This document shows positions 27,124-32,000 of a DNA stretch of 32,000 nucleotides, piece by piece. Position 1 is the stretch's first letter, and every line of letters begins with the position of its first letter. Below the pieces are notes generated by a model. The model had not been told where the DNA came from and searched no databases. It saw only the letters and a program-made list of their open reading frames with translations. The stretch is from positions 2,550,001 to 2,582,000 of the forward strand of contig CAWJMG010000003.1 in assembly GCA_963843975.1 (NCBI GenBank), written 5' to 3'. The stretch is from an uncultured Actinomycetes bacterium (lineage in GTDB: Bacteria > Actinomycetota > Actinomycetes > S36-B12 > CAIYMF01). The position numbers were made by a program, and so were the translations under genes.

Positions 27124-27755
27124 CCTCCTGGCGCGACACGCACTTCGCCGTGGTCGACGTCGAGACCACAGGGCTCGACGCCGCAGTCAGCGAGGTGCTG
27201 AGCATCGGGATCGTCGACGTCGTGCACGGGCGCGTGCAGGTGGGGTCGGCGTACTACCGGGAGGTCCGGCCGCGGGTGCTCCCCGCCGCCGACACGGTCG
27301 TGATCCACGGAATCCGGCCGGTCGACGCCGCGTCGGGCGACGACCCCGACGTGGTGGGCCGCGAGGTGGTCGAGCGCCTCCGCGGCCGCGTCCTGGTCGC
27401 GCACGTGGCGTGGGTCGAGCGGGCGTTCCTCGGCGCCTGGCTCGGGCCGCTCGGATGGCAGGTGCCGAAGGACGTCGTCGACACCGACGTCCTCGCGCGG
27501 CTCGCCCTCGCGCGTTCGGGCGGCCCGGTCATGGACGGCCACATCCGGCTGGGAGCGGCGGCCGCGCGCTACGGCCTGCCCGAGCAGGGTCGGCACCAGG
27601 CCCTCGGTGATGCGCTGACCACGGCGCAGCTGCTGCTCGCGCTCGCGAGCGCGGCGGGCGATGACGGCGAGCCGACCGTGCGCGACCTGCTCTCGGCCGA
27701 TCATCGGCTGAAGCGGGCCCGTCTCGCGCGACGGCTGCGACCGATCAGGAGTTGA
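27120..27755 (+). CDS. DEDDh-type 3'-5' exonuclease (DnaQ/Pol III epsilon-like)
   Basis: The ATG overlaps the DUF294 stop (ATGA). Exo I FAVVDVETTGLD and Exo III HQALGDALTTAQLL are present. The Exo II region LVAHVAWVERAFL is atypical. Confidence 0.75.
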   Translation: MTSWRDTHFAVVDVETTGLDAAVSEVLSIGIVDVVHGRVQVGSAYYREVRPRVLPAADTVVIHGIRPVDAASGDDPDVVGREVVERLRGRVLVAHVAWVERAFLGAWLGPLGWQVPKDVVDTDVLARLALARSGGPVMDGHIRLGAAAARYGLPEQGRHQALGDALTTAQLLLALASAAGDDGEPTVRDLLSADHRLKRARLARRLRPIRS

Positions 27756-28592
27756 GGAGCGCGAGCGCGGTCACGCCGCCCACGACGAGGGCGACGCCCA
27801 GGATCTGCAGGCGCCCCAGGCGTTCGCGGTAGACGACGTACGCGATGACCGCGGCGAACGTCGCGAACTGCGAGGCCAGCACGGAGGCGACGGCCACGCT
27901 GTCGCGCGCCGCGAACGCGAACGCCACGAAGCCGCCGACCTCCATGAGCCCCGTAGTCACGACGTACGGCGCCGCCGCGCGGTTCATCCGCAGGCGCCCC
28001 GTGACGGCCAGCGGAACCGCGAGGAGCACGACACCCGCCAGCCGGGGAGGCAGGGACGCCCACGCCACGGGCAGGTCGCCGCTGAGTCGACCGATCGAGT
28101 AGAGCGCGAGCCCGAAGACCACGGCGCCGCAGGTCGCGAGGAGAACCGCACGCACCGGGCGCTCGTGCTCGATGGGGGCGGGGTCGGGAGCCACCGAGGA
28201 GACGACGACGCCCACCACGATGACCGCGAGCGCCAGCACCACGAGCGGCGCGATCGACTCGCCGAACACCGACGACACCACGGCCGCCACCGCCCCCTCG
28301 GTCGCCACGACCGGTGCGACCAGGCCCACCTTGCCGACCTTGAGCGCGGCGTACGCGAAGAGCAGACCCCCGACGTTGCCCAGGCCTGCGAGGCCGAACC
28401 ACAGCAGATTCGTGCCGCTGAGCTCGCCGGGACGCCGCCGCCGAGCGCGAACGGCAGCGTCAGCACGAGACCGATCAGCATGGCCCAGGCGACGACCGAG
28501 TACTGGTCGAGGACCTTCACCGATCGCGACGACGACACCGTGCTGACCGACCAGGCCAACGCGGTGGTCAGCCCGAGCACGACGGCGATCAC
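27745..28592 (-). pseudogene. EamA/DMT-family transporter, interrupted by a -1 frameshift within about 28420-28445
   Basis: N-terminus MIAVVLGLTTALAWSVSTVSSSRSVKVLDQYSVVAWAMLIGLVLTLPFALGGGV is in ORF 27984-28592. The remainder (PGELSGTNLLWFGLAGLGNVGGLLFAYAALKVGKVGLVAPVVATEG...) is in the frame of ORF 27745. Length is 848 nt, which is 3n+2. Confidence 0.7.
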
Positions 28593-28637
28593 GCCGTCAT
28601 CCTGTCGGACGTCGTCGAGCGCCCGACGCCCGGGCGA

Positions 28638-30125
28638 TCACGCCTGCTCGGCCTCCGCCCTCGCAGCTCGCTTCGCAGCCTTGCGCCGACGTCGGCGGCG
28701 TACGAGGCCCTGGACCGCGAGGACGATCAAGGCCACGACCGCGATCCCGACGGCCCAGCGCGTGAACGGGAAGCCGACCCGCTCCGGCAGCGGTGCGTCG
28801 ACGGCGTCGGACGCCGGTACGCCGAGCGACACCACGACCGCCGCATGGTCGGTGGGCAGGCACGCGCCGGACGAGGGGATCGTCACGTCCATCGCCGCTG
28901 CGGCATCCGCGGCGTTCCCCACCTGCGAGTGGGTCGTGCAGTCCCAGGTGTCGCCGGCGCGCGGCCAGTCGTTGCCGACCAGCCGCGCCTCGATCGCCGA
29001 GACGCCGTTGCGGGTGAAGACGTAGTCGAGCCGGTCGGTCATGCCGTAGGGGTTCCCCATGGCCTGCGCCGCCCTCAGCCGCTCGAGGTCGGGCCCGGCG
29101 AGCAGCGCGCTCGCACCCCAGCTGAGGTTGAGCGGGTCCTTCGCGTCGGGTCCGGCGTCGGCGAACCCGCCGCCGACCATCGTCCAGTAGGCGCTGCACG
29201 TGGTGTCGGTGCCGGACTGCGTCGGGCAGTCCCCGGTCGCCTCGGGCTGGCCGCCCGGGTTGTCCCCCGGCGGACGCGGATCGCGCGGGTCGCTGTTGAA
29301 GTCGCCCATGACGACCAGCGGCATCGTCACGTCGGCGAGGTCGCGCACGAGCTGCTGCGCCTGGATCGCCGACGCCGGGATCGCACCCGCCTTCCAGAAC
29401 GCCTCGAGGTGCGTGGTCACGAAGCGCACCGGCGTCGCACCGATGCGGATGTCGGCCCACGCGTAGCCGCGCTGCACCTCCATGAGCACCGGCACGATGG
29501 AGGCCGCGTTCTCGTACTCGACCGTGCCTGCGGCGAGCACCTGGCCGGCGAGGTCGGCGCGCACGGCGAGCGCGTCCGCGATGGTGAAGCCGCAGTCGGC
29601 CTCGTCGGTGCCGAAGAGCGGCTGGAACGTCTCAGGGTCGACCACCGTTGTGAGGCGCGGGATCGCGGGGATCGAGTAGCCGGTGTTGAGCGCCTTCTGC
29701 CCGCCCGCCTCGGCGATCACGTACGGCGTCCCCGCAGCCGCGGTCGCATCGAGGAACTGCTTGGTGAAGTCGTAGACGACGGTGGTCGGTGCGAATGCGG
29801 ACGGCCGGCACTCCCAGGTGGTCGCCTCCTGGATGCCGATCACGGCGGGTCGCGCACCGACGGCCTCGGCGGCCAGCACCGGCGCGCGGGCGGTGAAGTC
29901 CGTCGCCGCCACCTGCGACCACATGTCCTGCGCCGCGGCCGGGAGGTCGGGCAGCAGCTTCAGTGCGCTGCTGACGTCGGCGCCGAGGTAGAGGTTGCGC
30001 GTCATGACGACGAGGTCGTCGTCCGCCGCCTGGGCCGGTGCGGGCAGGGCGAGTGCGGACGCCGACGCGACGAGGGCCACCAGCCCGAGCCTCACGAGAC
30101 GACGGTCGCGGGACCTGTCGGCCAT
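28638..30125 (-). CDS. Secreted endonuclease/exonuclease/phosphatase (EEP)-family protein with a C-terminal TM anchor
   Basis: Start MADRSRDRRLVRLGLVALVASASALALPAPAQA is a signal peptide. EEP-like VMTRNLYLG, IGIQE, VVMGDFNSDP and DHAAVVVSL. The C-terminus WAVGIAVVALIVLAVQGLVRRRRRRKAAKR is a TM segment with a basic tail. Confidence 0.65.
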   Translation of the reverse strand: MADRSRDRRLVRLGLVALVASASALALPAPAQAADDDLVVMTRNLYLGADVSSALKLLPDLPAAAQDMWSQVAATDFTARAPVLAAEAVGARPAVIGIQEATTWECRPSAFAPTTVVYDFTKQFLDATAAAGTPYVIAEAGGQKALNTGYSIPAIPRLTTVVDPETFQPLFGTDEADCGFTIADALAVRADLAGQVLAAGTVEYENAASIVPVLMEVQRGYAWADIRIGATPVRFVTTHLEAFWKAGAIPASAIQAQQLVRDLADVTMPLVVMGDFNSDPRDPRPPGDNPGGQPEATGDCPTQSGTDTTCSAYWTMVGGGFADAGPDAKDPLNLSWGASALLAGPDLERLRAAQAMGNPYGMTDRLDYVFTRNGVSAIEARLVGNDWPRAGDTWDCTTHSQVGNAADAAAAMDVTIPSSGACLPTDHAAVVVSLGVPASDAVDAPLPERVGFPFTRWAVGIAVVALIVLAVQGLVRRRRRRKAAKRAARAEAEQA

Positions 30126-30207
30126 GCAGCACCACCCTGTGCGACGGAGCGGCACGACCGCGCGCCCCGGCCGGACGCTAGCAGCGCAGGACGCAGCGAC
30201 GCGCGGC

Positions 30208-30669
30208 TCAGTCGGCCGCGATCCAGGGCCAGGGCTGGCGACCGGTCTCCCGCGCACCGAGGTCGGCGTCGGGGCCGCCCGAGTGCCGCATCACCCAGGC
30301 CTGCGGCGTCATCGGGCGGTAGCGGTGCTCGCCGCCGCGGACGACGACCACGTCGCCGCCCTCCACCGCCACGGTCACGATCCCGGACGGCGTCACGAAC
30401 TGCATCAGCCCGAGGCCGCTGCGCACGGTGTGCGCCTCGTCCTGCGCGTTGACGTGCCAGGCGCCCATGCCCTCGAGGGCGGCCGCCTCGTCCGCGGGCG
30501 GGTCGGCCGTCACCTCGGCGCGCACCCCTCGCTCGTCCGGCGCCAGCACCGCCGCCACGACGTCGTCCTCGGACTCCGCGGCGTGCACCTCGGTGCCGAT
30601 CGTGGCGAGCAGGGCCAGGGCCGCGGCGTCGCCGAGGGGCTGGCCGTCGGGGCCGAGGAAGGACGCCAC
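30208..30669 (-). CDS. Small cupin-fold protein, acireductone-dioxygenase (ARD)-like
   Basis: GTG at 30669 with a GGAGGT ribosome-binding site. WHVNAQDEAHTVRSGLGLMQF...VEGGDVVVVRGGEHRYRP aligns by eye with the ARD pattern H.H...E.R....G.GLF...GD.I.VP....H. Confidence 0.35.
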   Translation of the reverse strand: MASFLGPDGQPLGDAAALALLATIGTEVHAAESEDDVVAAVLAPDERGVRAEVTADPPADEAAALEGMGAWHVNAQDEAHTVRSGLGLMQFVTPSGIVTVAVEGGDVVVVRGGEHRYRPMTPQAWVMRHSGGPDADLGARETGRQPWPWIAAD

Positions 30670-30843
30670 GGGAGACCTCCGGGTGCGGGGACGATGCCCG
30701 CTGATCCTCCCCCAGAGCCGCCCTCACGTCGAGGTCCCGTCCCGCCCGGGGACGGGCTAACAGCCCGAGGAGCGAGCATCGGCCCAGGTCAGAGGCTCGC
30801 CAGCGGCCCGATCGGGTGGGCACAGGAGGTTAACGCAGGTAGG

Positions 30844-30873
30844 TTGACATGGGTAACTGAATGCGGTTAACGT
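30844..30873 (+). promoter_or_regulatory. Candidate promoter of the MMPL gene, embedded in GGTTAAC-like repeats
   Basis: TTGACA (30844-30849), 18-nt spacer, TAACGT (30868-30873). AAGGAG ribosome-binding site at 30904-30909 before ATG at 30915. Confidence 0.35.
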
Positions 30874-30914
30874 AGCGCCGTTCACTCCCGCCGTCTTCCC
30901 CACAAGGAGCAGTC

Positions 30915-32000
30915 ATGACCACCACGACCACGACCCCCCGGGGGTCCCGTCCGGGGTGGTTCGACCGCCTCGGCGCCTTCGCCGTCCGCCGGCGCCGCCT
31001 GATCCTCGTGCTCTCCGTCGTCGGCGTCGTCGTGGCGGCCGTCGTCGGCGGCGGGGTCTTCTCCCGCCTGTCCTCCGGCGGGTTCGACGACCCCGGCTCG
31101 GACAGCGCCCTCGCCGCCGACCAGCTCGTCGACACCTTCGACGCCGCCCCGGCCGACCTCGTGGTCGTCGCCCGGTCGGCCGCCGGATCGTCGGTCGACG
31201 ACGCGACCGTGGCCGCTGCCGGCCAGGCGCTCGCGGCCCGGCTGGCCGCGGAGGTCGACGTCACCGACGTCGTCAGCTACTGGCAGACCGAGGCGCCGTC
31301 GATGCGCAGCACCGACGGGACGCTCGCGCTGATCAGCGCCCGTCTCGCCCTCGACGGTGACGCGCTCCAGAATCGCGCCGGCGAGATCGCCGGCGAGCTG
31401 AGCGGCACCACGCCGGACGGCGTCCTCGACGTGCGCGTCGGCGGTGCTCCGGTCACGTTCGACGCCGTCGGCACCACGATCGAGAAGGACCTCGCCCGGG
31501 CGGAGGGCATCGCCGTCCCCATCACGATGCTGCTGCTCCTGCTCGTCTTCGGCACGCTCGTGGCGGCCGGCCTGCCCGCGATCATCGGCGCCGTCTCGGT
31601 CGTCGGCTCCTTCGCCTCGCTCTGGGTCATCACGCAGTTCACCGACGTCTCGATCTTCGCAATCAACCTCGTGACCGCCCTCGGCATCGGCCTCGGCATC
31701 GACTACGCCCTCTTCATGGTCACGCGGTTCCGTGAGGAGCTCGCCCGCGGCCACGACACCGAGACCGCGGTCCGACGCACCGTCCGCACCGCCGGTCGCA
31801 CCGTCGTCTACTCCGGCATCACCGTGGCGATCTCGCTCGCGGCCCTGCTGGTCTTCCCGCAGTTCTTCCTGCGCTCCTTCGCCTACGCCGGCATCGCGAC
31901 CGTCGGCCTCGCGGTGATCGCCGCGGTCGTGATCCTGCCCGCCGCGCTCGCCGCGCTCGGCCCGCGCGTCAACCGCTTCCGCGTCCTCAAGTCCACCACC
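30915..32000 (+). CDS. MMPL-family (RND superfamily) membrane transporter, N-terminal part (3' end lies outside the window)
   Basis: Translated by hand and absent from the ORF track because there is no stop in the window. MTTTTTTPRGSRPGWFDRLGAFAVRRRRLILVLSVVGVVVAAVVGG...GGAPVTFDAVGTTIEKDLARAEGIAVPITMLLLLLVFGTLVAAGLPAIIGAVSVVGSF...ALGIGLGIDYALFMVTRFREEL. Confidence 0.85.
   Translation, partial: MTTTTTTPRGSRPGWFDRLGAFAVRRRRLILVLSVVGVVVAAVVGGGVFSRLSSGGFDDPGSDSALAADQLVDTFDAAPADLVVVARSAAGSSVDDATVAAAGQALAARLAAEVDVTDVVSYWQTEAPSMRSTDGTLALISARLALDGDALQNRAGEIAGELSGTTPDGVLDVRVGGAPVTFDAVGTTIEKDLARAEGIAVPITMLLLLLVFGTLVAAGLPAIIGAVSVVGSFASLWVITQFTDVSIFAINLVTALGIGLGIDYALFMVTRFREELARGHDTETAVRRTVRTAGRTVVYSGITVAISLAALLVFPQFFLRSFAYAGIATVGLAVIAAVVILPAALAALGPRVNRFRVLKSTT

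Noticed and set aside
30736-30756. GC-rich hairpin CCCGTCCC-GCCCG-GGGACGGG in the cupin/MMPL divergent region, considered as a possible terminator or sRNA element.
   Set aside because: It has only an 8-bp stem and no U-tract. It lies between two divergently transcribed genes where no terminator is expected, and such short GC stems are frequent by chance at this GC content.
1-32000. Mobile elements, prophage, CRISPR arrays, tRNA or rRNA genes, toxin-antitoxin systems or known defence-system genes.
   Set aside because: No transposase, integrase, recombinase or Cas-like ORFs were found. There are no direct-repeat/spacer arrays, no tRNA-like cloverleaf candidates in the few intergenic regions, and no terminal inverted repeats.

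Overview
High-GC (roughly 70%+) actinobacterial-type chromosomal DNA, densely coding. I found no rRNA, tRNA, CRISPR array, transposase or integrase. There are three blocks. (1) 1-15.6 kb, plus strand: a cell-surface polysaccharide cluster. It encodes a CapD/PglF-like membrane 4,6-dehydratase, a PglE-like 4-aminotransferase, an FnlA/FnlB/FnlC (CapE/F/G-like) UDP-L-FucNAc set and a FemAB-like GNAT. It also encodes a Wzx-like flippase, a GT4 transferase, a Wzy/O-antigen-ligase-like protein, a DUF4012 protein and a Tat-secreted clan GH-A-like hydrolase. (2) 15.7-25.3 kb: a minus-strand, translationally coupled operon of cytochrome P450, ferredoxin, ferredoxin reductase, a glutamine-synthetase-like ligase, a signal-less SBP-fold protein and two PuuD-like gamma-glutamyl hydrolases. 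A GntR regulator and a stand-alone Cache-domain protein lie upstream, and an APC amino-acid permease is divergent. I read this as a gamma-glutamylation-dependent amine oxidation pathway. (3) 25.3-32 kb: a cNMP/CBS/DUF294 nucleotidyltransferase coupled to a DEDDh exonuclease, an EamA transporter, a secreted membrane-anchored EEP-family nuclease/phosphatase, an ARD-like cupin and the 5' part of an MMPL transporter. The main cross-cutting anomaly is that eight otherwise well-conserved genes are broken by single-nucleotide frameshifts, and these are not randomly placed. All three AAGCTT sites I can find in the window lie exactly at +1 frameshifts inside the same 9-mer, GAAGCTTCG. Two further +1 shifts share GAGCCTCG. 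One -1 shift lies in a perfect 12-bp palindrome. All calls rest on reading the translated ORFs and the raw sequence; no database search was run.
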